Assembly (NCBI GenBank): GCA_964057225.1
Contig: OZ059897.1
Location: 9,052,001 to 9,116,000 of the forward strand
Direction: 5' to 3'
DNA: 64,000 nucleotides
DNA from: Auanema rhodensis
Lineage: Eukaryota; Animalia; Nematoda
In this document: in pieces, positions 25,906-37,948 of the stretch
How the letters are laid out: every line of letters begins with the position of its first letter
Position numbering within the stretch: the first letter of the stretch is position 1
Made by a program: the position numbers and the translations under genes
Notes under the pieces: model-generated
Told to the model about the DNA's origin: nothing
The model's input: only the letters and a program-made list of their open reading frames with translations
Database searches by the model: none

Positions 25906-27092
25906 TTATGATGATGATGCCTCAGCCCAATCATCGCATTCTTCTTCCTCATCTTCCACTTCTACTGTATTGGTATTTTCTCGTCGAATTACCTTCTTAT
26001 GCTTCATTCGTCGGTTCTGGAACCACGTTTTTACCTGCAAATGGAGGATATCAGGCTAGAAATACACTGTTTTTTGATTTATTTGAAATTATGTTGCAAA
26101 AATTAAATATTTTGGAAGTTTAGATAGAATATGTTTCATGAGCCATAAAAGTGATAACATGTTTTGCATAATCTACACAAAATTTTCACGGTAATCATGT
26201 CAAATGGCCAGTTAATCTGGTAAAAACATGGCAATTTCCATTGTAAACGTTGTATTTTTAATGATTAAACATGCTAATACCTGTGTTTCACTTAAGTTCA
26301 ACACATTGGCTAATTCGATACGTTCTGGTGTACTGAGGTAGCGTTGAGTTTCAAATCGCCGTTCAAGCCCTTGTAGTTGTAAATCAGAAAACACGGTGCG
26401 AGCTTTTCTTCTGAAAACAATGTGAGTTTGATATTTCGATTTGAAAAATGCAGATATGATACACGTGTATATATGATTACAACTTCTAACCTGCGATATG
26501 ATTTACTTGTTGCTGCCAAACGTAAAGCATCAGATGTTGCTGCAGCTGCCCATAACTGAGGAAAAACTGAAAATAAATCTTAAAATCTCAAGAATGTCAG
26601 AGTTGCATCTTAGAAGATAAGATGATTGGTAATTACCATTTCTTTGAGCTAAGAGAAGACTTGAATCAATCGGTAATGGAGTACATCCAAACCAAAGTGG
26701 TAACTGTTCTGGTGCTGCTATCGCCAAATCAACAGGTAATAATGCTCCAGAACACCGACTGGCTAACTGAAAAAGTAAAAGTTTGATCGAAAATATTGGT
26801 TTGATTACAAAATAAAAAATTTCTAATTGTTTTTTAATTTAAAATTAATAAAAATATTTACATATATAGTAAAGAAAGAATAGTATATACTTAATAAACT
26901 CACTTCACTTTCTTTTCTTGATTGTTGTAACAATTCTGAATGAGTTTTCAGTAAGTCTTCAATCGAAAATCTCATCCCAGCAGCTGATACGCTGGATGCC
27001 GTCGAGTTTGTAGTTGCTGGTGTGGCTGGTTGTTGTGTTGCAACTGTAGGTAGTTGAGCTTGTGTTTGCTGAGCCAAATGCTCCATTATCAT
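25906..27092 (-). CDS. tab-1: Bsh/BSX-class homeobox transcription factor
   Basis: Exons 27092-26904, 26766-26637, 26566-26491, 26410-26281, 26034-25906. Homeodomain [58 protein letters not shown] (Bsh/BSX signature), eh1 motif FSIEDLL, acidic tail. Confidence 0.9.
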
Positions 27093-30000
27093 TTTGTTTT
27101 CTAAAATATTGTTAGTTAGCTATGGAATATACTTAAAAGTAATAAAAATAGTTTGAGATTATAACATGATTTGAAAAAAAAATTCATAAAGGATTTGCTA
27201 GAACACTGCTTATCTGGTTGAAAGACTTAGTCAGCGGAGTTGATACAGCCATCAGATGAATAGCACAACTGGTTTAGGACGGCTGCTCAGCGACGACGAC
27301 CTACCGTATACGGAGGTGGGGACACAGCTCTTGTTATTAACCGAAAAATGGGCGTGGTCATGTAGGATAGATCTCATTGGCTATGTTAACCGTCAATTTA
27401 ATTAGATATTAAAGGGAAAAGGAAAAAAGAAGACTAATTAATAATATTTCATATAATAATTATAGTTAAAAGCTATTTTTAAGAAATATTTTTCAGTTTT
27501 TAAACCGCACATCCTCACCACTCACGCAGAATTCATGTCACTTCTGTTATTGTATTGTATTCAGTCAGTTGTTTTTTACAATAATTTTCATATATGATAA
27601 TAAAAAATTTTGAATTAAACATCGGAAAAGGAAAAAGAGGCTGCTGGTTCTCAAATATGCTATACGTGGTATAGTCAAGTCATATTTTGAAGAAAAAAAC
27701 AAACTAATTGACATGGCATGAATAATAATAATAATAATTTACTTCTTTTTTTCTTTAATTAATAAAAAATAAATTATAATATTTTATAAATTATAGAAAT
27801 AAAATAATATTTTTTATATTAGCAGGAAGTTTTAATAAGAGATATGCTTATATAGAATTTATATTATTTTTAATTTGATTATAAAGAAAAATCTTTGCAA
27901 AGCTAAATATTTTCTCTTTTTTCAGAATTTTTCTGAAATATTTCAGTAAAGTTAGACAAGTTGCTGTAACAAATAGCTGGAAAGATATAATATTTTGTCA
28001 AAGGACAGAAGAAAAGTAACTGAAATTGAGAAGAAAAAAAAGTCTGAGCTCCTTAACGATAGCTAAAGTTGGAGAAAACGAGAGAGTGAATTGGTGAAAA
28101 GTAATTGTAGAAAACATATTAGTAGTTACACTAATGGGATTATAACAACAGACGGACTATCTGTCGATTCGGGTAAGTTCAGGATTGACCAAACAAAGCT
28201 GACAGGAGGAACATAACCAAGGAGGCAATAAGCCGAAAGGACTGTATAAGAGATATGTAAGTAATGTAAAAAGGATTAGTCGGCAAATGTATAATACAAA
28301 CAGTCAAAAAAAAGTTTTTTTATTCATTTAAGATCATTTATTTGCTTTTCTGAAAGAGGTGTTGAATCTATCTGTTTGTTACTAATGATGTATTAAGTGG
28401 ATGACGCAACTAAATATGGAAGAAGACAGATGGATGGATAATACATGTATTTCATATAAAACTTTACATTTTTTCTTTATTAACCATACTAATTATGCAA
28501 GAGCAGATGAGATATTCACTGCGCTTATTAGCAATCTAATCGTCTTGAAACCGTAATTTGCTATTGGGGGCAGTCAATGCCAGGTTCTCGTCATGGCTTT
28601 TTTAACAATATCTTCAGATTCAGGGAATTAAATCAAAAAGTATAGGAATCTGAAAAACTTTTTCGCATATTACCTCTGTTCCTCTCCCTCTCGAGCGTGC
28701 GCTCTCTCTCTCTCTTTCTCTCTCCGTCTATTAGTGTGGAAGGAGAAGAGCAATTCGACGTTTAAAATTGAAATGAAATTGAAGTGTCCAAAGACATAGA
28801 TTTTTTGATTTGATGTTTACTTGTCAATTATTATATTCATTAGTTATGAAGACTATATTATAGTCAATGCCACTTTATTATATAATATTCGAAGAATATC
28901 CTCAGGCTATCCATCTAATGCATAGAGTAATTGGCTTTTGTGTGAAAGCGGAAAATGAAGACAAGGGTGAAATCAAAGTAAATTGGAGAAGATTGATGAA
29001 AATAAGTGAGATTCTATTCGTGAATAGGTGAAGTAAATATGCTGTTCATATAATTTAATAAAGACATTTGTCGCTTTTCACTCTTAAACTTATGCGTTTA
29101 TAGCTTTTAGAGCTTTACTATCCATATTGAGCATTATGCTACTCTTACAAACTTTGTAACATATGGATAGCCAAAAGTGCCAAAAAAAAAAAGAAACAAG
29201 GGGATTGAATAAGAAGAATTATGAAGAGGCAGAGTAAAAGATAATAGACTGAAAAGTTTTGTATTTTTTCGGAGAAGAAACTTAGATCCTCAGATGTTGA
29301 TGAAGTGGTTGATGTCATAACTAATTAAGTAGTGTCATGTAATAGAAAGGTCAAACAGAAAACAAATAATAGTAATGAGGTATATTTCTTTTCAAAAAGA
29401 AAAAAAAGTTTTCTATTGAGTTGTGCCACATAAGGTGTCGACAACACACATACATACATATAGAGAGAAAGATAGGGAGAAGGTTGACCGACACAGCCTA
29501 TGCCACAAGTTGAATGCTATTGTCTGACTTCATTACTTTTATCAGAACATGCCGACACCAATCGACTTTGGTAGATCATTTGACACTTTTATTTAATCTA
29601 ACACCTCTTTTCACGCATGTCTTCTATCTTTTTGTCTTTCTACAACATCTAATCGTTTTTTGGGATTCAAATAAAGAGTCAGATATGGCTCTAACAAGAG
29701 GTAATTAACAGCCAATCAACATTTCATACCATAAACCGACAATACTTTCATTTTAGTGTGAAGTTTGCTGAGGATGGAACAGAAAAATGAAGTTAATGAC
29801 AGGGGGATAAGGAAAAAAATTTCTTGGAGTATACTATATCGTAAAGTAAATATTTGGTAGATCAAAAATCTGGAAAAAATGGCAACATAATTATGAAGAA
29901 TATGATTAGGCTGATGATCAAAGTTGTTGTCTTGATGGGTATAGGCAGTCGGCTTTCTTTTTGGCTTTCATGTCTTTCCTTTCGTAACTTCCTCTAAGAA

Positions 30001-30962
30001 GCAATTACAACTAATGAGGTGAGATGAGTTCTTAACTATTGCTTTTGCTCCAATAGAAGAGAGAAGAAACGGCTCCAGCCAATCAGGGGGTCAGTTGCAA
30101 AAGCAGTTTTTCGTTTTCAAATTACCGTAATCTTTTACTTTAATCAAAGATAAATAAGCAGATGTTATGATGTAGTAGAAGAAGAAAACGAAAACGAAAG
30201 ACTTAAATGACTAAAGAAAAAACGAGAAAACATCCGCAGGTTAGGCTAATAAGCTTAAAGTGAGTTGAAATAATTTGATTATGCTTAACATCACTGTATC
30301 TATGCCATGTTAGATGATTATCAAATAATAAATTTACTAAATATCGATCATATTCTCCTTATAATGCATCAATTGGTTCTTGTTAATGAGCCTGATGATT
30401 CTTTATTGTTTCGAGCAAAAGTTTGGCACATAAGGCGGAAATATGAGCAACAATACGGTTGTACTGTGTGCCAGTTAATTGCCATATCGACGGGTGGGAT
30501 AATTGGTTAGCGTTTGTATTGAAGACAAAGACACAATTGACACTTCATTCAAGCTCATCATGAATTGTCTGTTTGTTATTTTGAGATCAAAACTGAAGAT
30601 ATGGCATGATGTTGAGGGTATAAGATTAACAAATCTGGTCTGATATAAGTAATATACGACTGTATCATTTGAACCTTTACAGATCACATTTTGCTATTTT
30701 GATGTTTTTTATTTGAGATTGAACGAATCCATTGATCTGATTCCATGATTGACAAGTAAGTTTTTTCTTATTTTTTTATTGTTTTAAAATGAAAAAACAG
30801 TACTTTTAAACTAAAATTATTGCTATTTAAGATTTGAAGTTTCAATATTCACATAGTAATCTGAAGTAAATAAGAAATATTTTGAGGCAATAGTGGGATT
30901 ATTGTTATGTAAACGTTTCATGAAATAAAGATTCGATTAAAGAACATGGAAAGAAGATAGAA

Positions 30963-30964
<2 letters not shown>

Positions 30965-31030
<66 letters not shown>
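30965..31030 (+). repeat. (AG)n microsatellite
   Basis: About 65 bp of nearly pure AG dinucleotide. Confidence 0.95.
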
Positions 31031-31035
<5 letters not shown>

Positions 31036-31688
31036 ATATGACGAACTCGACCGTTGAGGACATTGCAACATAAAGTGAATGTTACGTCATTCGACGTGTT
31101 AAGGTTCACGTAAGACTTCACGTTATGTTTAATATAATTAGAATATTTTCTTAATATATGCAGAAATGCCAAGCTTGATCTGTTCAAATATGTTTGTCAT
31201 CAGAAGAGTGTGCGGTGTGATCAAGAAGTTACTTTCTAATTGAATTACTGCTTAATCCGATGTTGTACGTGTACGGTATATTTCCATATGTAGGCAGTTA
31301 AAGAGGTCAACTAATCCTAATATCAAAGAATGTACTTCATGAAGACAGGTGTCTGTCCTACACTACTCTACACTTGTCGGGATGATTAACACAGGAAAAG
31401 TAGGCTACAACTCTTATTCATCAGGTCATTGAAGGCTGTTTCAAAGTAAAGTACCACCGATCATACTTGATGAGATGTCACATCCAAGTTTGTGAATAAA
31501 TGAGCATTTATGTGTTTTATAGAGGCAACTAATAAGGTTTGCATTGATACGACAACATTATAATGAAAATTTTATTTCATTGCTTAAGATAATGTCTTGG
31601 GTACTGCTTTTCATGCTTTAACATCTATCCTTTTTCGAGAATGATTCCTCTCCAGGATTGTAAATATTCTTTCTCGTGCAAGCTATCG

Positions 31689-31760
31689 GCCCAAGTAGTA
31701 TAGTGGTTAGTACTCCACGTTGTGGCCGTGGCGACACAGGTTCGATTCCTGTCTTGGGCA
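31689..31760 (+). tRNA. tRNA-His(GTG) copy 1
   Basis: Cloverleaf: acceptor GCCCAAG/CTTGGGC, D-arm GTAT..GTAC, anticodon arm CCACG-TTGTGGC-CGTGG, T-arm ACAGG-TTCGATT-CCTGT, discriminator A. A and B boxes intact, T4 run downstream. Confidence 0.97.
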
Positions 31761-31845
31761 TTTCTTTTGGAGTTTTATCAGCTACTCTTTTGTGAGAATG
31801 CTTCCTCTCCAGGATTGTGACTTTTCTTTCTCGTGCAAGCTATCG

Positions 31846-31917
31846 GCCCAAGTAGTATAGTGGTTAGTACTCCACGTTGTGGCCGTGGCGACACAGGTTC
31901 GATTCCTGTCTTGGGCA
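31846..31917 (+). tRNA. tRNA-His(GTG) copy 2
   Basis: Identical 72-nt sequence to copy 1. Confidence 0.97.
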
Positions 31918-32002
31918 TTTCTTTTGGAGTTTTATCAGCTACTCTTTTGTGAGAATGATTGCTCTCCAGGATTGTGACTTTTCTTTCTCGTACAAACTAT
32001 TG

Positions 32003-32074
32003 GCCCAAGTAGTATAGTGGTTAGTACTCCACGTTGTGGCCGTGGCGACACAGGTTCGATTCCTGTCTTGGGCA
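32003..32074 (+). tRNA. tRNA-His(GTG) copy 3
   Basis: Identical 72-nt sequence; 3' flank TCGTTTTT. Confidence 0.97.
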
Positions 32075-32577
32075 TCGTTTTTGATAATTTTTTCTATACT
32101 TTTATAAGTCGTGGTTAGCTAACATTTTCCTGTTTCTCCTATGTTTTTATATCATTTGAAATGCTCTTGGTTTCTCATCGAATTTGTTTCATTTTTTGTC
32201 TATTTCTGAATGTACTTTTGCCACGTCTTTTGATGTTGGGTCATCTTTATTTTGCTAAACAAATTTTATATACCTCATCTCAACCTAAACGGACTATAGA
32301 CGTTCTATATTGTCGTTGAAATTGTTATCATTTGTTAATAAAATCATTCTATCACTGATTTTCTGTTCTATTGATCTTCAGCAGAATATTATCAACTGTA
32401 CAGGACAACGAAATAGCCTTGCCGAACCGACATCGTAGACTGTTTTTTTTCTTGAATATTTTCTTTTCAGGATTGTAAATATTCTTTCTCTTTCTCTTTT
32501 GGAGTTTTATCAGCTACCCTTTTTCGAGAATGATTCCTCTCCAGGATTGTAAATATTCTTTCTCGTGCACGCTATCG

Positions 32578-32649
32578 GCCCAAGTAGTATAGTGGTTAGT
32601 ACTCCACGTTGTGGCCGTGGCGACACAGGTTCGATTCCTGTCTTGGGCA
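32578..32649 (+). tRNA. tRNA-His(GTG) copy 4
   Basis: Identical 72-nt sequence. Confidence 0.97.
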
Positions 32650-32734
32650 TTTCTTTTGGAGTTTTATCAGCTACCCTTTTTCGAGAATGATTCCTCTCCA
32701 GGATTGTAAATATTCTTTCTCGTGCACGCTATCG

Positions 32735-32806
32735 GCCCAAGTAGTATAGTGGTTAGTACTCCACGTTGTGGCCGTGGCGACACAGGTTCGATTCCTGTCT
32801 TGGGCA
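32735..32806 (+). tRNA. tRNA-His(GTG) copy 5
   Basis: Identical 72-nt sequence. Confidence 0.97.
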
Positions 32807-33362
32807 TTTCTTTTGATGAATTCATTATAGACTGCAAAAGTTGTAATTTTTTAAAATTTTTGCGTCATGGATTTTTCTTTTATTATATAAACTTTTCTTT
32901 CATCATTTTCTTGTAGTGCCTACATAATATTTTATTTCTAATTTCTGTGGCTCGCTATAGATAAGTTCGATTGGAAATATCGTTTCTAAAGACAATCAAG
33001 TACTTAATTAATTCTGGTTTACATGTTGGAATAGAAGTTCTTTATTACTCCTTGAAAAATTGTTTGAATATACGTATATCACGATCAACCATTTTCTTCA
33101 TACTTTTCTTTTCCCTAATGAAAACTATTTATTATTTTACAACATATTAATCATTCAATAAATATGTAGATAACGAAGAATACCCACAGGCAATCACATT
33201 CGGAAGCTTCCGATGGTATTTTGAAAACTGATATGTTTTGAAATAAGAACGTGCGATTCATCATATTGTTCGGACGTAGGATGGTATACAACATTATTCC
33301 TGAACAAAATAAAATTTTCTATACAACTGGATCATCAGGAAGACAGGGTTTCAACACTATCG

Positions 33363-33434
33363 GCCCAAGTAGTATAGTGGTTAGTACTCCACGTTGTGGC
33401 CGTGGCGACACAGGTTCGATTCCTGTCTTGGGCA
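33363..33434 (+). tRNA. tRNA-His(GTG) copy 6
   Basis: Identical 72-nt sequence; unique upstream flank. Confidence 0.97.
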
Positions 33435-33519
33435 TTTCTTTTGGAGTTTTATCAGCTACTCTTTTGTGAGAATGCTTCCTCTCCAGGATTGTGACTTTTC
33501 TTTCTCGTGCAAGCTATCG

Positions 33520-33591
33520 GCCCAAGTAGTATAGTGGTTAGTACTCCACGTTGTGGCCGTGGCGACACAGGTTCGATTCCTGTCTTGGGCA
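33520..33591 (+). tRNA. tRNA-His(GTG) copy 7
   Basis: Identical 72-nt sequence. Confidence 0.97.
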
Positions 33592-33676
33592 TTTCTTTTG
33601 GAGTTTTATCAGCTACTCTTTTGTGAGAATGATTGCTCTCCAGGATTGTGAGTTTTCTTTCTCGTATAAGCTATTG

Positions 33677-33748
33677 GCCCAAGTAGTATAGTGGTTAGTA
33701 CTCCACGTTGTGGCCGTGGCGACACAGGTTCGATTCCTGTCTTGGGCA
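33677..33748 (+). tRNA. tRNA-His(GTG) copy 8
   Basis: Identical 72-nt sequence; 3' flank TCGTTTTT. Confidence 0.97.
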
Positions 33749-33833
33749 TCGTTTTTGGAGTTTTATCAGCTACTCTTTTGTGAGAATGCTTCCTCTCCAG
33801 GATTGTGAGTTTTCTTTCTCGTGCAAGCTATCG

Positions 33834-33905
33834 GCCCAAGTAGTATAGTGGTTAGTACTCCACGTTGTGGCCGTGGCGACACAGGTTCGATTCCTGTCTT
33901 GGGCA
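33834..33905 (+). tRNA. tRNA-His(GTG) copy 9
   Basis: Identical 72-nt sequence; 3' flank TTGCTTTT. Confidence 0.97.
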
Positions 33906-33990
33906 TTGCTTTTGGAGTTTTATCAGCTACTCTTTTGTGAGAATGCTTCCTCTCCAGGATTGTGAGTTTTCTTTCTCGTGCAAGCTATCG

Positions 33991-34062
33991 GCCCAAGTAG
34001 TATAGTGGTTAGTACTCCACGTTGTGGCCGTGGCGACACAGGTTCGATTCCTGTCTTGGGCA
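33991..34062 (+). tRNA. tRNA-His(GTG) copy 10
   Basis: Identical 72-nt sequence; 3' flank TTGCTTTT. Confidence 0.97.
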
Positions 34063-34147
34063 TTGCTTTTGGAGTTTTATCAGCTACTCTTTTGTGAGAA
34101 TGCTTCCTCTCCAGGATTGTGAGTTTTCTTTCTCGTGCAAGCTATCG

Positions 34148-34219
34148 GCCCAAGTAGTATAGTGGTTAGTACTCCACGTTGTGGCCGTGGCGACACAGGT
34201 TCGATTCCTGTCTTGGGCA
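34148..34219 (+). tRNA. tRNA-His(GTG) copy 11
   Basis: Identical 72-nt sequence; 3' flank TTGCTTTT. Confidence 0.97.
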
Positions 34220-36314
34220 TTGCTTTTGAAAATTCTTTTCATAATTTAATGCTTTTTTTAATTGTTTTCTTTCGTATTTAAATGGCATTCAGGTGCAGTT
34301 TTTACTCCCATTAAACTTGACAAATATCGAAAAAAACTTGTAGAATATTTGACCAATTAATGAAGTTCATCAACTTTATGACATGTTTAGAAATCAGAGA
34401 GACTCACAATCACTGGTTGCTGATAATATCTTATTTGATAGACTTGTTCATCAATATTCCATTTTATGATCTAATTATTATAATTTTCATCAGGTACGTT
34501 TACCTTTTGAAAATGTTTTATATATTGTGTTTCAATGTTTTTTCAATTAAAATCAAACAGAAATATTATATTTAAAATTCTTTATGGATAGTAACCCAAC
34601 TTAGAGTTGGATCTTTAAAGCTTACATCTTATGCAAATCTCTGAAAATAACATTAAATGGGCAATTAGAGTTCTTGGGTAATTATCACAAGTCATCAATA
34701 GGTTATTAGTATGGGTAATCGTTTACATAACAATTAATATACGGTATTCAAACTTTGGCAAGTTCGGTTAAAAAAAAAATTAAAGCCATATATGGAGTGA
34801 GAGGCAGATTGAGTATTCAGCATAGGCTAAGTATGAGCCAAGCTTACGGAGAGAGACGGGAGAGGATTTTGGGAGGTGGGGACACAGCTGGACAGGCTTC
34901 TGTGTGATCAGAAAATGAAAGACAGAAAACAATGCTCAGGAGTTCGAAAACGATTATAGCAATGTATGTATGTGCCAGTTGAAGTTTCAAAACGAAATGA
35001 CATTGCAGATTGAAAATCAATTGATACTAGACATAGCCAATATTTCAGAAACTTTCTTTGAGTTATTTTGGGGGAAAATGAGTTGAAAAGTTTTCTGAAT
35101 TTCATTTGTAATATTCAAAAGTAATCATTTACAGCAGAGCAGGTCATTGTGATGATATTGAATGAAAGAAATATTAAACTATATGTATACATATATAGTT
35201 AAAAAATAATATATAAGAGTAAAAGCACCTATAAGACTGAAATGAAGATGTTAGGCAACTAGCAAGGCTTCAGTAAATACATCTTATAGAATACCAAATA
35301 TAAAACTATTTTCTGAAGAATAGAACTTAAAAGGCGTTGGGACGTAAGAAAGGGATTGGCAGGGAGTAGACGGCAGAAAGGTCGGGGGAAGGGGATAAAT
35401 CAGAAGAAATAATATTCAGAGATGAGAAGAGAAAAGAAAACTCTTATAGATATACAGCTAAATAAAGCTTTGTTTTTTTTGATGATTTCAAGTTTCAAAT
35501 TGATAAAAAAAATATTTTTTGTATGAAACAAAGACATCTATGTTTTGTGTGCAGGTTTTTGTATACAAATCGGTAGTTGGACCTGTATTACCGAGGACTA
35601 GTGAGAGTGCTGATGACAAGATTTTGGAAAAAAAATTATTAAAAATAGAAATGAAAAATTTGTAAAAAAAACGTTGTGTGACGAATAGATTACGACGACA
35701 GTAACTTTTGTTTTGTAAAAATTTCTGCCACTAATCCAGCATCTTGTTCAATTCGTTTCTATCTATCTATGAAGATATATAGAGGGAGAAACAGAGATAG
35801 AGGGAGAGTGTGTGTGAGAAAGAAGGAGCGAGAGAGGGAGAGAGGTAGGTGGAAGTAGATATTATTCAGCTGAACATGCTTTTATTAAAAAAATAGAAAT
35901 CTAGAGATTATATTTAGTTCAGTTGAGCTGTTTCTATGCTTCCAAACAATGCATTCTAGAATATCCGTATCTGATTGATTCCGAAAAATTGACTTCTGGC
36001 CATATAATACCTCTTATGCCAATATGCTGCTTGAGCATATGCTCTTGGGAGAACAGAGACGAAACAGAATACTGATATCTGATGGACAACTAGAAGGGTT
36101 ATTTGACAACAATATATCAAATTTCAAAACAAAAAAAAAGTTTAAAAATAGATAGAAGGCACACACGTATGCGGATAGGACGGTAGCTGCACATTGGCTA
36201 AAGTCGTTAAAGGCAGTAAGGTAGCGAACCATACGGCTTGAATGAGCCGCATTGTTCAGCTTGTCTTGAAGAGTGAAAAAGGAAGACATCGACGCCCTGA
36301 ATTTATCTCAGCTC

Positions 36315-37911
36315 TCAAGATGCTGTTGATGTGGCGGTAGCAAGTATTTCTTCTTTTTTCGTTGGCTCGGTATGATTTTCTTCCAGTGGATCACGTGCTG
36401 TGAGTGGTTCTTCAGGAATTCGGGACTGATACCATTCCCTATTCTCTTCCAATTGATCCAAAATATTTTGAGCATCTGGATATACAAGATCTGCCCATGT
36501 CTCATACAAAGGATGAACGATGTAGTCGATGAATCCAACCTGCAAACACAAGGCCATGTTATTAATGAGAAAACATGTTTTCATAGAATTACCTGTGACT
36601 TTTCGATCGTAACATTTCCTCGATCACACATAGGTGATACTTCTAATCCATGTTCTTTTTCCTTATCACCTTGCCTCCAATATTCTTCCAAAATTCTCAT
36701 ATTCCATTGACGGTAAAGTTCAATTGGCTTTGTTGGGTTAGAAAGATCAGCCAAATGAATCATGGATTGAAGAACCTTGAAGGAAATATGTATGAGAACA
36801 CTATGAACATCAACTGATTATACTTGAATCTTATCGTTATATTTGTCAAGTACAATGACATTATTTCCTGCAACCTTCTTGGCTTCAACCATTGTCTTCA
36901 AATCAGCTAGAAGTGACATATGTTTGGACATATCAGTTGCCAAAACCTGCAAATATTCGAATAAATACAAGACAAATTTAAATTGAATTGGAAATAATAG
37001 GCTAGAAAGAAAAGTTTTTTTTAAGCTTAACTAAGGACATGATCAAAGCATGACATCATGAAATTTTCAATTGTTTTCGCTGTTGTGGAAAAGCTTGCAT
37101 ATGTTTCAAGGATATATCTTTCTAATTTATTATAATATCTCGATTATTCATACAGTTGCTGCTGCAGCTCGATAGGACGATCACCATTCATTATCAATCT
37201 GTGTGTGCTGATACGAATGATTACAGAACGGGTCGTCGTTCGACATCTAATGCTGTGACTGATGGCTTCCGGCGGAAACCGGGCCCTGTGTCGCTATCGA
37301 TGTCGCCAATCCGCAGTGTCGGCTAATACCGACGCCGTCAACGACTTTTACGATAACGACGTAATGAGAAGTCTTTCAATGATCTTATTCTTCCTCAACA
37401 TACACAAATCATCATCAATGTTGATCAAGACAGCTATTTGTGAAGGAGATCAAGCTGAGGCTGATTCATATAGTTAATACAAAGATCAACCAGAAGCTTG
37501 AATGGAACTGAGCGGTCACCTCAAACACGGATTGCGCAACAATCACGTTTTCAGAATGTTGCAAGTGTTGAACCGGAAACAAGTTCAACCTTTGACCATC
37601 TAGAGTAAAAATTGAAATAGTTGACACCATGAACTATTGGAATAAAATATATAGATAAACAAAGCTTATCTATATATTATAGTAAACTTTTCAATCACTT
37701 TGCTCAAAATAATCGTTGAAAATGGGAAAATGACTGTGGGACCACCCAAAGATATGTCATCTTAGCTGTTAATCTGCTAAATATGCTGTCAAAAAAAGAA
37801 TGATAAACGATCTATCTTAATCAACCATTTTCCTTTCTTTCTTTATAGGTAAAAACTAAACGAATTGAAATAAGGGACACGCATTACGAAGTATTTTAAC
37901 ATGGGTGAAAG

Positions 37912-37948
<37 letters not shown>

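Larger units (their letters stand above)
31632..34227 (+). repeat. Tandem tRNA-His array, 157-bp unit (72-bp tRNA + 85-bp spacer), in three blocks of 3, 2 and 6 copies
   Basis: tRNA starts at 31689, 31846, 32003 | 32578, 32735 | 33363, 33520, 33677, 33834, 33991, 34148. Spacing is exactly 157 bp within blocks, and blocks are separated by about 0.4-0.55 kb of largely unique DNA. Confidence 0.97.

Noticed and set aside
32722-33469. ORFs sharing IGPSSIVVSTPRCGRGDTGSIPVLGISF
   Set aside because: These are translations of the tRNA-His sequence, not protein-coding genes.
31689-34219. CRISPR-like repeat-spacer array
   Set aside because: The repeats are 72-nt tRNA cloverleaves, the spacers are near-identical rather than unique, the context is eukaryotic and there are no cas genes.
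31689-34219. tRNA-derived SINE cluster
   Set aside because: The tRNA bodies are intact and identical, with no poly-A tails or target-site duplications; the arrangement is tandem.
36300-36317. Stop-codon readthrough of pde-4 (TGA)
   Set aside because: The context is TGA-GAG, not a readthrough motif, and a TAA follows three codons later.
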